A program made the translations under genes and the position numbers. DNA of 64,000 nt from Bugula neritina (Eukaryota > Animalia > Bryozoa): contig OZ037766.1 in NCBI GenBank assembly GCA_964035545.1, positions 24,048,126-24,112,125 on the forward strand. The letters are read 5' to 3'. This document shows, piece after piece, positions 28,501-41,684 of this stretch. Under the pieces are notes generated by a model that was not told where the DNA came from, searched no databases, and saw only the letters and a program-made list of their open reading frames with translations. Positions within the stretch are counted from its first letter, which is position 1. Each line of letters starts with the position of its first letter.

Positions 28501-31500
28501 GTAGTAGGTTACATCATGTGACTAATAGGTTTTGTCATGTGACTAGTAGTAGGTTACATCATGTGACAAATAGAAATGCTCTAATATTGATAATATGTTA
28601 TGCAGACTAAATACTTGCCCACTTCATTATTGTTTTCAATTTAATTATTTGTTTGCAAAAGAAACTATAAGCACGTTGCTCTGTGTTCCAGAGTTGGCTG
28701 ATAGAATGGGGTCTGGCAACCTTATGATTGCAGCTAAGGATGCTAATGAGGAAGTAGAAAAAGCTCAAAGATATCAGAGAGAGAATAACCACCAACTAGC
28801 AATTCAACACTATCTCAGGGTGCGCTAGTAGTAACGTTAGACTATAGTGATTATTGTTATCTTAGTTATGTCAACAAAGCAATTAAATAGATAACTTTGA
28901 TATATTCTCTGTAAGACAGGGTATACTCTAAACAAAGTTTTCTCATGTTACTTCAAAAACATTTGATCCTTATAGCATCATTCCAGCCATGGATAAACTA
29001 AACTTTGATGTTTTTGAGTAAGAGTTTATGTTATGCTATTGGTTGAATCCAACATAATTGTTGGGCTGTAATAAAATTATAATTTTCATTTTGTCTTACC
29101 TTTTTATTAACTTGCCAAGCTTGCTGATTGTTCACTTATGAGTTTTTCTAGTTAGATAGTAGACAATTCTCACACTGTCTGCTCATTGTATGCTGATAAG
29201 GTGTTTTATTATTCTCAGGCTATAGACTGTGTTCAAAACATGCCACCGTCGACTAGAGATACCCACGAGGTTACGTCAAAATTAGCCATGATTCACAACA
29301 ACCTGGGCAACGCCTACAGATCAGTCAGTCGGTTTGCTGAAGCTAAGGTAGATAATTCCTTCTCAATAATAATATAAACTAGTTTTATACTCACGTTTGT
29401 TTCAATGATAGTCATTTGTCAGTTCCCTAAGATAATGGTGGTTTCTCTAATAGTATGTTACACAACACTATAAATTTACATAATATTAACAAATTTGTAA
29501 AATATGTCACTGTTATGTGCATAGTCTTCTCAGCTAGTTGGTCTAATGTCTCACTGATGTATGTTTTCACTGTTTTACTAAGCTTTACTGTTTCTACAGT
29601 AGTTCTATACTGGTACTATGCTATTTCTATAGCTTTTCTATAGCACTTCTATAGTAATCCTATGTTGGTTATATATTATTTCTATACTAGTTCTACTGTG
29701 GTTTTTCTAGTTTTATACTCAATTATGCTGATTGTTTATGTGGCCTGCTTATAATTGCAGTTTTTTCTATTTTAAACTAAAACTATGAATGGGTTTCCTT
29801 CTAAACTCTAATCTCTAATGATTCTAAGTGACCTCTATAGTAACCTAAACTTATACTACAGCTTTTTGCTGAGTAAAATATGTAAAATTTATACTGTTTT
29901 AAATTTATTCTTAAAAATTAAGACTCCTAAGCTAGTTTATCTTATTTTAAAACATAGTACCAGCTGCAGATTTTCACTTTACTCTTTTGTAATTCTAGTT
30001 TTATGCTGTGTTTACAGCTCTCAGCCATGTAACCTCTATGATATGTAAGTTGTGAGTTTTACTGCAGACGCACATGCTTAAAGCTTTGGAAATAAGACGC
30101 CAACTATACGGAGATGATGTGTGTGAGGACACTGCAACCTCCCTTTTCAACCTAGGCTATATATACTCTCAGGCTGGGGACGTCCCCAGCTTAGTTGAGT
30201 CGTTCAACTGCCACAAAGAGGCCCTGCGCATGTACCTTCTACTGGGAATTTCCAGTAAGTGCATCGTATTTAAATTTTACAATTTAACACAATAATTTCT
30301 TGTAAAAACTTTTATCAAAGTTTTCTGGCGTATGCTTAAAGTATGTTTAAAAAAACTCGAATTTTGATAAATTTCAGTTTTTGCTTTTGTTTAACTTCAC
30401 CAATATGCCAATGAGCTGACTTAAAGTCAAAGAAAATGAAAGACCTATTCTTTTAAGTTATATCATACGAATGAAGTAAGTAAAAGCCAATCTAATTGGC
30501 CACATTTCAGTTTTCTGGTGATTAACAACAACTATAAAAACTGTTTTATTGCAGCGAGCACTCTGAAGTGGATAGTTGGTCTATATAGATCTCTGGCATC
30601 CACCAGTTACAATCTGGGTGAGGTACAGCAATCAGTTGAATACTATGAGAAAGCCAGAGCCACCATCTCACAACATGCAACGGAAGGGGACGGGGAAATG
30701 GTGAAACAGCTGCAGGCTATTTGCAACAATATTGGCAACTCTTATAAGTCCCTAAAGGTTTGTCTCCTCATGAAACTGTTGAGCATCTAATTAATGTTGC
30801 AAGGGCACAGTTTGAGTAGTATGTAAAGTACTAGAATTTGAATATGAACACTTGTTATTACTTGTGTTTACAGACCTTTACCGTAATATGAGGAGATTCT
30901 TGTTAAAATGCTACCTGTTGGCTAAAGAAATAAACTTGGTTTGGGTTGATGACCATTGAATCTTTTTACATCATCAGTGGGTTTTAATCATCTTTTCTTA
31001 TCGACTTTTAATTTTTTGTGTTTCAGGTGTAAATAAAAACTCATGCAAGTTTGTAGTCGCTATCCCTGTAAGAAACCTCTGATCAGAAGAGTTTTTATTA
31101 AAGCGGGACTTATTTAAATGAGGCACAGGAGCAATTATCACTGAATGCTCTTCCTAGCATCACCAATGGCCTTTCTCCGGGCTCGAACCCATGACCTCGT
31201 GTTTACTAGGCAAATGCTCTAACCCCTAGACCACAGCTGCTCTATTGTGGTTCAGTTGTAAATTGTGTTTCTATATGACATCATACAAATGCGATTCAAT
31301 ATTTCATAAAACTAGTATATTGTTCAAAGTTTGTATCCTTTGTTAGATCCCACATTCATCTCGATGCATTATTGTTATGTTATTTATAATGTTACATATT
31401 AGAAATTGCCCTTTGCTAGATCACTGGGATTCTTACATTGCATTCATGTCTAGCTCATATTATATAATTAAAAACATTATTTGCTACCTTGATTTTTTTT

Positions 31501-32764
31501 CTTGCTAGCATTTCTATTTTTACATATTTTTTATATAACTAGAATTACAAGAAAGCTGAGGAAAACCTAAAGCATGCACTAGACATGGCAACTGCATTGC
31601 ATTTAGGAAATCCGGATGACTTGGAGTACCAGGTTAGTTTATTTTTAGACTAAAAGGTTTATCAAAACAGGCACAATGGTTTATATCAAAGTAATTGGTA
31701 AATTTAGTGTTTACCTACCTTTGTATGTGTATGTGCAATACATAAATCATGTTACAGAATGATCAAGCCGCAGCACATAATAATCTGGGGTGTTTATACC
31801 AAGAAATGAAGCAATATCAAAAGGCTATTGAACACCACACAGAGAGCTTATCCATGCGGAAACGGGTACATATACTTTTATTATCATTTATTGAATTCAT
31901 TTCCTCTGCTAAGTCTATTTTTAGGAACAAACTGTAGTAACTGTATAATATTTGCTTACTGTTTTGTATATTTTCCCCAGTCAAGATATTTTCAACTTGA
32001 GAAGTTTCTTCGGTACACAAAAAACACTTTATTATTTAGCTTTACTATCTTGTAAATTTCGCTACAGTAAGGGCTTCTACAGGTTTTGTTAGGCAATTAA
32101 AGTTTCATACTGGTCTTGTGTAAATATCGTCAAAATCATGTATAAAATTGCATAGCCGCTTTTCATGTTTTATCTATGACCTTGAGAAGTTGTGTAAAAT
32201 TTTTGTAGATTGCACCTTCTTATGCTGATGCTGCTACAGATCTCCCTTCAAGCCTTCATAATATTGGCAATGCATACAATGCTGCTGGCGAACTTAATGA
32301 AGCTTTAAGTATGCAATCTTATATGTTGTGTGTGACTCAAAATTTGAACCTAGAGTATAATTATTTTGTGCTAGTTCAACTTGTAAATATATTGAATTTG
32401 AGTATTTCTGACCATGGTAATAGTTTACTGTTTAATTTAGTAATTGCCTTTTGAGCAGTAAAGTTTTAGTGACTGAAATATTCATATTTGCAAAAAGTAC
32501 AGCACAGTAATAATAATTTGATTGAGTTTTTGAAATTGTTAATGTCTCGTATACACAGGTGTCTTGAAATGTAATTTTGTGAAATCAGCAAATCAAGCTA
32601 AAGAAATACACATCGTTTATATAGAGTATTATGAAGAGGAGTATAAGGCAAGAATGAACTTGGGTGATGAGACTAGCGATGTATTAATATCCATGTCAAA
32701 GGTATATGAGAAGAAGGGTAACCTTAGCAAAGCTGAAGAGTGTCTACGGATGGCTGGCAACTGA
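17686..32764 (+). CDS. Large TPR-repeat protein with disordered Pro/Ser/Thr-rich N-terminal part, ~1007 aa, 24 coding exons
   Basis: Phase-consistent GT-AG chain totalling 3024 nt: 17686-17688, 18477-18498, 19842-19860, 20249-20316, 20682-20697, 20897-20967, 21403-21449, 21658-21705, 22051-22809, 23966-24058, 24772-24878, 25597-25657, 26355-26579, 27250-27390, 27866-28036, 28344-28431, 28692-28819, 29219-29347, 30068-30254, 30555-30757, 31543-31632, 31758-31865, 32209-32308, 32625-32764. TPR motifs include HNNLGNAY, ATSLFNLGYIY, HNNLGCLYQEMKQYQKAIEHH. The N-terminal microexons are less certain than the TPR exons. Confidence 0.85.
22675..22809 (+). repeat. Coding 27-bp tandem repeat x5 (SRSTSVPGV-type)
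   Basis: TCAAGGTCAACAAGTGTTCCYGGGGTA units; the last unit ends exactly at the exon donor. Confidence 0.9.
25453..25516. repeat. (TA)n microsatellite
   Basis: Directly visible. Confidence 0.95.
28428..28573 (+). repeat. 24-bp minisatellite (~6 units) spanning a splice donor
   Basis: Units AATAGTAGGTT(ACA/TTG)TCATGTGACT, one of them 21 bp. Confidence 0.9.
31053..31240 (-). mobile_element. tRNA-Thr(AGT)-derived SINE copy
   Basis: Minus strand reads GCAGCTGTGGTCTAGGGGTTAGAGCATTTGCCTAGTAAACACGAGGTCATGGGTTCGAGCCC (A box, CT-AGT-AA loop, B box), then a body shared with 63675-63817. Confidence 0.8.
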
Positions 32765-33249
32765 TATTAAGACATGCTATCATTTATAATGATATATTGT
32801 ATTATATTTTATGATCATATTCAATATTATATATGGTATCCTATATATAATGAAGTTATTCTTATAGAATGGTAGTCATATAAAAGCCACCCTCTTGTCA
32901 GTTGTTATTCAGTTAGTAGTATGGCATATCACATGTTATAAAATTATTATATCTGTTTTTTATTTCAATCCAAAATTAATGTTCGTTCATCTTTTTGAAC
33001 TATTTTTATAGCTATATATTATATCACCTGTATTTTTTTATCTCCTTAGCTGTTTTAAACCTTTATAAGCCCGAATTATTTTTATTTTATATGACAATTC
33101 ATAGTAGTAATGTCATTCCCGTACCAATCAGTTGTAAATTTCATGTTATATGCTTAGGCTAATCATCACAACATAGCAACTATCAGCAGACACTTTGAGG
33201 GTAGCACCCTGAATATAGAGTTCCTCATTGTTTCAGTAAACTAGGCTCA

Positions 33250-33775
33250 TGATATTGATCCTTCTGCAGGGTACTATGTTATTTAGCTGAAATTTGTTTT
33301 ATTCCATCAAGTGCAAATGCTGCAGACACTTAGTCATGTTCTTCTGTTGTTTATTTCAATTATAACTAAAATTATGCCCTGCTGCATTTACTATAATGAT
33401 TTCGACTGCTAACATCAAATTTCCTGTAATATGCCATAAATTTTAAATTAAATTTTTCTCTATTTTTTCAATAAATTTGTATGCTATACCTATAGTTTTA
33501 ATTTTATCAATATTTATTGAAAATTTGTCTTCAAAACACCAATAATTAAATGATTTATTGTTAGGTAGTAATATATATAGTAATTGACTAACTTATTATG
33601 TTTAACTTAGCCATAATTTGCCAACTAACTTCTCATACCCATTATATAACTTCATTTATAGACCATTTTAGCTTATCTAATTTGTGAAAATTTATTTTAA
33701 ATGTCACAAGCCTGTCTGCTTTGATGCATTTTAACATTTCCATAATATGATTTGAATAAAATACAGGAATTAATA
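33250..33775. repeat. Dispersed AT-rich repeat, diverged second copy at ~53390-53820 (old non-autonomous DNA element?)
   Basis: Collinear shared blocks: CTGCTGCAT, ATAAATTTTAAATTAA, ATTTGTATGCTA, AAAACAC.AATAATT, TTTGAATAAAA. Confidence 0.6.
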
Positions 33776-34035
33776 GAATTTTTACAAACAGACATAAGAT
33801 CTAGTGATTATACAAGTGAGATTTGCGCCTCATAGATTATTTGATATATATTATGATTTCGAATATTGAACTGAAAACGATTCCTTTGCTAATTGAAGAC
33901 ATTTGCTTTATTCTGAAAATAATATTTATAAAGCATTACATAGCATGCAGTCAGCAATTAAAAAAATTATTTTTTGTAACATTTTTTTGCATGTTATAAT
34001 TAGCCACAGGCCAATTGACTTCTGCCACCACATTA

Positions 34036-34388
34036 TTAAGTGTAGCTGCTGGTTGTTCCACGAGATGTTCTACTTCTGCTACCTCTGCCATAAGTCTTGC
34101 GACTCCTGCTACTTCTGCTACCTCTGCTACTTCTACCACCTGATCTACCACCTGATCTACCACCACTACTATGTGCTCTTGCTTCTGCTTCTGCAGCTGT
34201 TACAGAGTTTTAAATTATTTTCAAGCTTCAACATTATTGTATTCATTGAATAGTTTAATGCTGTTATTGAAACCATGGCACTACAATGAATTATGCAACT
34301 ATTCAAATGAATGATTCAGAATAGTTGTTAGCTTACCCAGTGCACTGATGACAATCATCGCAATGATAGCTATAGCAATAATCTTCAT
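34036..34388 (-). CDS. Secreted Arg/Ser/Gly-rich cationic peptide precursor, paralog A, 70 aa
   Basis: Exons 34388-34337 and 34196-34036 (GT-AG, phase 1): MKIIAIAIIAMIVISALAAEAEA-RAHSSGGRSGGRSGGRSSRGSRSSRSRKTYGRGSRSRTSRGTTSSYT*; non-coding exon ends at 35757. Confidence 0.8.
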
Positions 34389-35756
34389 ATTTGAATTTGG
34401 ATTTACTTCTGAAAACAATTAGAAGTATTTTAATGCATTTCATGCAAATAGATCACTGTAATTCGAAATTCGGTAAACTTTAAATGATAATTAAATTTTA
34501 TTTCAAGCGCCAGAAAATGCTCACAGATACATAATACATTATGTATATCAATTACATATAAACATTTGCTTGTCTTTAAGTTGTAGATATTTATTCTTAA
34601 TATACAACAAATTGTAAATTGATATTTTTTGTAGCATTCAATACTTAGCTATCTCAACTAACAACGCTAAAATAACTATAATGTTTATATTATCATTGAT
34701 GTTTATATAAATGATAATTAAAAGTTTAATAATATCATTAAAGGGTTCATCAAGTCAATGAATTATTATATTCTGATTAGTCATTTTGTTAAACATATTC
34801 ACTTACATAATGTAGTCACACAATAGATTTAGCCATCAACTTATAAATTAGCAAGCTGTAAAGTACTGTTAGTTAAAATAGAATAAACCATTATATATAA
34901 TCATCTCCAAAGGCTAATATAAATAAAACTATAGATAAATAATTGACATATAAATTAATTTCTTTGTCATCCAAATTTAAAACAGATACAATTATACTGG
35001 CATTTTTCAAACTTTGCTGTCCAGGTAAACAAATTTTTTATTAGCTTCTTTATACGATTGTTCAAACTATTTTATGTTTATAGCTTAAAGTTTAGTGCTA
35101 TTTACCGTTTATAAAACTTACTATAAATCTTTTGCTTTATAATTAAGTCTAAAAAACTAGCATATTCAAAATATTAAAAGGTGGTTGTATTATAGGTGTG
35201 TAATGGCTAACAGAAATGAGAACCTCTCTGTCCCCTGCTAAACATATAGTTTATAGTTCATTATAGTTTATGGCCAGTCATAGCGTGTCCACCCCAGCCA
35301 TTCCGTTTCAAATGCAACAGGTGCCGTGGGCTGATACAGTCAATGCAGTGTAATAAATTAGCCCAGACAATAACAAGTAGATATTGGTCAGCCAATCAAG
35401 GTTGGTCTCCTATATATAATTTATACAACATCTTCTGGCGCCCACGAGCAGAAGTGGATAGTCTAGTAGCTGACAGGATGCTCCATGTAATCGCTCTGAC
35501 TATTGTTATTTTCTTTTATCAACTGATGTAATCTATTTTGCTTTGTATCTTATTTGACTAATATAATTATATCGCATCTAATCAACACGTTCGGTTCTGC
35601 TATAACTTCACTGACGATACAGTAGTCAATCGCATACAATAAGATCCACAAATATTAGTGTTTCTCAAAACTACAACATGCGAACCATAAGTTGTTCAAA
35701 TATTAACTTTAAATAAAAAGTTTGCTAGCTAAAGTGCTGATAATATTTTTACTTAC

Positions 35757-35880
35757 CTTACAATTGTTAGAATAAAAAAGTTTTTGAAGTGATATTGCAA
35801 CTGTAGGTACTGCCTTTATATACTATTCTCAGTCTATCTTTCAGACTAGACATGTGGTATTCCTTCATGTTGATTGGCTA
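35757..35880 (-). promoter_or_regulatory. CCAAT + TATA promoter and non-coding exon 1 of paralog A
   Basis: TAGCCAATC (35880-35872), TATATAAAG (35822-35814), donor AG|GTAAGT; same layout in paralogs B and C. Confidence 0.75.
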
Positions 35881-38370
35881 ATACACAATAATAACGCGCT
35901 TACAAAATCTACAACAATGACTATGGTGATTTAATAATGTTTATAAAAAAAAATTTTCCAACTAAAATTTTCTATTGGGCTATTTTTCTATTAAAAGTTA
36001 TTTGTTATAATATGATACTTTTACAAAGAAAGGCTTTTGTAATGTTGTGCCAATGTTTTATATTGAAACAAGATTTCTTTTGCCAGCTGCATGTCAATAA
36101 CTTAATCAATAAAATCTGCAATACAACTTCTACATGTGAACAACTTTTAGATGTGAAAAGCTGAAATTTAATGGGCACTTTTGTCACTCACTGTAACTTA
36201 CATTAAACTATACATGTATCTTATACTCCCACAACTTGCCGGCTCTATCACTTCAACATGACAAACAACTGTGAATTTTTGAATTTCTCAAATGATTTTT
36301 TATAAAGTAATGTTGAAAACAAAGAACATCAAGAACTGTATTATTTATAGGTTCACCTTTTTGTTAAAAATCAAGAAAATTAAACTATAATTACATTAAT
36401 ATTTTGTTCCCTTTGGAAAGATTGCTATTGAATACCCTACAAATGCAACATATTCCCTTTCTTCACATTAAAACAGAATCTCATTTTACATACCAAGGTT
36501 CAGTGTAAAAATTCAGAGAGTTATATGAAAATATAATATGTATAAGCTTGATTAAAATAATGTTCTGTTGATAGTGCAAATCTAACATGATCAGAAACGT
36601 GCATCGTTTTGGCACTAATTACAGAACTTGAACAGTAACTTAGATTGTATAAACTTGTTATCTTTAGTTTGACTATAGCTATAATATTCTGCATGTTTCT
36701 GTGAAACATTTTTGAGTGTTCAAGTTGCAAAAATGCTATTTTTTCCTATTCAAAACTGCATCAGTGTTTAGAAGAGTTTCTTTAATTAAATGAGAAAACT
36801 TGACGGATCTTCTAACTTTATATTATATGATAATAAATATCTTCATGCATGCGTAATTAATTAATTTTGTCAATAAAATATGTTTTTAGATAATTATATT
36901 ACATTTCCTGTCAACTATTTATGGCTAATATCTCCACATAAACACATAAAGTAGACATTATCTTCCAAAAAACTTTTGGGCTATGCAGCTGCATGTTTTA
37001 TAGAAACATGCAGATAGTTTCATAGGGTCATAATAGTCGTGTCGTCTAAATTAAGATTGCTATGCTATAACAAATGTTTTAATATACGGTAATGCCATTG
37101 TAAATTGTAGTTTAGATTATAATGCAGCTGTGTTAAAAACCAGCAAGATAACTATGTAATGGTTTGATTTGGGTAATATTGTCAAAAATTTTATAATCGA
37201 CAATTCTGCAGTTATATAGCATATGATGCAGCAGTGTAAGAGAAGGTATTATATAGGTTCAGCAGGATATATACAACTCATTCTATTTGATGTATTTGTA
37301 TTATATATAATAGAGAATATCTAAATATATTGGTAATGTATTGTAAACTATTTAGGACTATAGCCTATATATGGTGTTCATTAGAACAGCTTGCTGTACA
37401 GCAGAACTAAACAAGTTATGATAGTTTGAAGTTTATGCAAAACGCAACTACTTTTATAAAAATAAATAAATACGAAAAATTTTTACATTTTCATGATTAA
37501 TAAATTTACAGACAATTTTTGTTAAAGTCTTTTATTAATCAAGCTGAGCGGAAAGGCAAATACCACATACTGCTCAGCAAAAAAAGTTTTTTGATTGTTC
37601 CACGAAGATTTACTGGTCTTCCAAAATCATATTGTATAATAACGCATATCTGTAGGTATAATGTCAATATGTTGCTAGACAGTTTATGTTGCATGTTTCC
37701 TGCATGTACATTATTGATGGTTAATTCATCTATTTAAATTATCTAGTAGACAATACTATTTTTAGGTGTTTTTAATATTATTGCAATTTGATAGATATCT
37801 CATATCTATATATGATGAATGTCAATATATTAATTTTCCATGATCGAGACTGTCTTCCTTTAAACCAGCTGCATGAAGTCTCAATTATTCTTAATCTTCC
37901 TTTCTTCTCCCACAGCTGCATATATATTCTCCATATAAAACATATTGTTTATCATAAAAAATAGAACATATACGAAAAGATTATTTTTGTTACCATTTCC
38001 TAACTATCTTGCAGTACTTTAACATCATATTATTGAAATTATTTTCAAGAAATTATTATTCATGAAACTTTGAAATGACAGTTGAATATTTACTTCCTCC
38101 CACACAGCTGTATATGCTCCATATTATGACACCATCTTCCAGTGTATAATATTCAACAAAAACCAGCTATAATTGAACTATTTTCTAACAGTCTTGTGCA
38201 TGCATGGTACGTTGACTTTATGAGATATACAATATTTCAATATAAAGTTATAAGAGGACCAGTCAAGTTTTATTGTTTAACAAAAAAAAAGCTCTTCTAT
38301 ATACACTGATGCTATGTTGAAGAGAAAATAAAATTTTATAATTTGAAACATTATAGAAAAACATGTAAAC

Positions 38371-38372
<2 letters not shown>

Positions 38373-38421
<49 letters not shown>
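38373..38421. repeat. (TA)n microsatellite in the spacer of the inverted duplication
   Basis: Directly visible. Confidence 0.95.
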
Positions 38422-38424
<3 letters not shown>

Positions 38425-40343
38425 ATCAAACAAACAATATTAATTGCGAAATTAGTAATCGGGTTTGGCCAGTTTAAAAAGAAAATTTATCTCTTCAACT
38501 TTATTATTAGGTTAAGAATAACAACAAAAGTTTGTTTCATCAATTATCTAATACTTAGTTTCATTGATTTTTAAGTTTGAATATTAGACAATTTTGAGCA
38601 TAAACAGGCTGGCTAAAGTTTACTATTAATTAAAGTAACATGCCTCATTAAAATGCATGCAATAAAAACTTCTCCAAGCAAGTTTAGTTTTGTAGCTTGT
38701 AGTTTATATAAACAATGACTTGAGGTTAAGTGAAGCAGTATCATTTTGAAAAAAACTTAGGCAAAAACAGTTTACCTGTAAATATATTAATAATATCCTA
38801 TGCTCACATCTCACCGTTGATAAGTGTTGTTGTGAATATTGGTCAGATTGCAGTTAACTTAATGAATCAAAAGTGTACCTATTTTTTGTAGATTTTCTTT
38901 TTCTGTTCAGTTTGATTAATAAAAGATTTAATATAACATTAACTGAGATTTGTAAAACGTTTCCGAGTTATTTTCTATATAAAAGGAATTCTGCCTGGCA
39001 TAAATTGTTTAGTTCTGCTGACCATTAGCTGTCCTAATGAACACCATATAAATAGTCTTAGCTAGTTTGCAATACATTACCAATATATTAATCGATACTC
39101 TCTATTATATATAATACAAAGACATCAAATAGAATGAGTTGTATATATCCTGCTGAACCTATAATACCTCCTCTTACACAGCTGTGTCATATGCTATATA
39201 ACAGCATTAATTAGTCTATCGTAATATTTATGACAAGATTACCCAAGTCACCATTTCCTAACTATCTTGCCGGTTTGTAACGCAGCTGCATTATCTAAAT
39301 TGCAGTACATTGGTATCATCAAATCATCACCTCACAAAATTGTCTGCTTCCTAATCTTAAAACAAACAGCTGCCTAGTCCAATAATTTTTCTTATAACAG
39401 TTTTGTCTACCTTTTAACTTACATAGAAATATTAGCAGTATATATTATATGCAGTTTACAGAAAAGGTTTTTTAAAATAGTGGGCAACATTTTGACATTA
39501 CGCTTATCAAGTTTCCTTATTTTACAAAACAAACTTTTCTGTGTTCGTATGCTGCTTCAAATAGGCCAAACATGGCATAATATTTTGTAACTTCAACTTC
39601 AAAAATTTAAAACTATCAAACTATCAATAACATCTGATACTTTAATAAATAAGTTTATGGCTGATTTAAAAGAAATAAATGTTTCAGATCTCCTAAACTC
39701 TAAAGTTGAGTTAAATATTTGCACCATCAAAAAAGTTATCAGGTCTATATAATTCCATAAATCTACAGATTTTTACACTAATTATCGGTATGTGAAATGA
39801 ACCTCTACAGTTTGATATATTATGTCACAGCTATAGGGTATCTAATAATAAACATTCAAAAAAATTATTTGAATGATTATAAATATGCAGCTTAAATTTT
39901 ACGAATGCTACTATTGCAGTGTGAGCTCCCATAATTATAATTTTTTTTGTGCTTTCAAAACACTAACTATCTGATATAAATAAGAATTCATCATGCAAAA
40001 TCTTAAACCGTGAAGTTATAAGAGTAGCTACAGTCTATAGTTTAATGGTATATATTATAATAAGTTGTATTGTGTAATCACAAAGTCAATCATACATCAT
40101 TTGTTCACATATAAAAACTATTCATATGAAAAGCTGTGTTACATATATTTGATTAGCAAAAAAGTCAGTTTAATGACAAACTTTAGCCAAATAAAATAAA
40201 CAATTATTTCTTCATAAAAATAACATGTTTCAACAAGTAAGTTATGAACAGTTCAATAAAGAATTTAGCAAACAAAAAACAGTTTTCTATAAAATTACCA
40301 TGATTCTTGTTGTAGGATTTGTAAGGAAGTTATTAATGTGTAT

Positions 40344-40461
40344 TAGCCAATCAAAATGAAGCAGTACCACATGTCTAGAGTGAATGATCGACTGAGGATG
40401 GTATATAAAGACAGTGGCTGCAATAGCAATTCAAAAACTTTTTTACTTCAACAATCGCAAG
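40344..40461 (+). promoter_or_regulatory. CCAAT + TATA promoter and non-coding exon 1 of paralog B
   Basis: CCAAT 40347, TATATAAA 40402, donor AG|GTAAGT at 40461/2, acceptor TTTTCAG at 40800. Confidence 0.75.
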
Positions 40462-40820
40462 GTAAGTAAGTAAGCATCTTAGCTAATATATTCACTGTAA
40501 TCTGTAAAAGTTCTGTATAATATGTTTCTTTATATTATATAAACCTGGCAAACAGTATAACTTATCATATACTGGCAAACTTTTGAATACATGCATATTA
40601 ATATATTGCTCAAAATTTTTAAACATTTTCATATATACCACAATGTTCAAAAATTTTGTAAGTATTGTATTTATAAGGATATACCTACATTTGTTTTCGT
40701 TTGAAAAACATCTAATTTTTATTCATAATTAATTATTGATTTTTAAGTAACACTGATCTATTCGAATGAAATGTATTAAAATACTACTAATTGTTTTCAG
40801 AAACAAATCCAAATTCAAAT

Positions 40821-41176
40821 ATGAAGATTATTGCTATAGCTATTATTGCGATGATTGTCATCAGTGCATTGGGTAAGCTAACAGCTATTCTGAATCATCT
40901 ATTTAAGTAGTTGCATAATTCATTGTAGTGCCATGGTTTCAATAACAGCATTAAACTATTCAATGAATACAATACTGTTGAAACTTGAAAATAACTTAAG
41001 ATTCTGTAACAGCTGCAGGAGCAGAAGCAAGAGCACATAGCAGTGGTGGTAGATCAGGTGGTAGATCAGGTGGTAGAAGTAGCAGAGGTAGCAGAAGTAG
41101 CAGAAGTAGCTACAGGAGTAGCAGAGGTAGCAGAAGTAGAACATCTCGTGGAACAACCAGCAGCTACGGCCATTAA
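40821..41176 (+). CDS. Secreted Arg/Ser/Gly-rich cationic peptide precursor, paralog B, 71 aa
   Basis: Exons 40821-40872 and 41013-41176: MKIIAIAIIAMIVISALAAGAEA-RAHSSGGRSGGRSGGRSSRGSRSSRSSYRSSRGSRSRTSRGTTSSYGH*; several differences from A are synonymous in this frame (ATC/ATT, CTG/TTG, AGT/AGC, AGG/AGA). Confidence 0.8.
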
Positions 41177-41684
41177 TGATGTGGTGGCAGAAGTCAATTG
41201 GCCTGTGGCTAACTATAACATGACCTTTACATGTTGATTTAAAAAATTGATAAAAAATTATTTTTTCAAAAACAAACTGTTCCAGTTGCTGACTAAACAT
41301 TGTATATTGCTTAAGTATAGTTTTCAAAATAAAGCAAATGTCTTTAATTGGCAAAAGAATCTTTTTCATTTAAATATTTGAGTTTTTGTTATATATATAT
41401 CAAAAATAGCTGATATGAGACACAAAACTGTATGTCAACTTTTTGAAATTCGAACCCATTGTGGTTCAATTAAAAGTAACAATCCTATAATACAGTATTT
41501 TTACTAATAATTCAATCAACAGTTTTTTAGTACTGAAAGCAGTACAATGAAAATGACTAAAGAAACAAACAATATATTTTAGACCGCACTAATTACCAAC
41601 AAGTTATATACGCCAATTTTTTATTGAATGCGCTATAGGAAGCTAAGTTCTTAATTTAATAAAATAGAAGCGGGTAGAATTAGG

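Noticed and set aside
28428-28573. CRISPR-like array
   Set aside because: Head-to-tail units with no unique spacers, in a eukaryotic intron; no cas genes
41043-41237. Acidic VVDQVVEVAEVAEV ORF, and its twin at 33951-34166, as the real product
   Set aside because: The signal exon ends in phase 1, which selects the Arg/Ser/Gly frame and gives AEA cleavage sites in all three paralogs. A/B differences such as AGT/AGC and AGG/AGA are synonymous in that frame but not in the acidic one. The open +1 frame follows from GGT/AGA/AGC codon use
40956-41369. Cys/Tyr-rich YFCYLCY ORF, and its twin at 33903-34253
   Set aside because: Antisense shadow of the repeat-coded peptide exon; no matching promoter or splice structure
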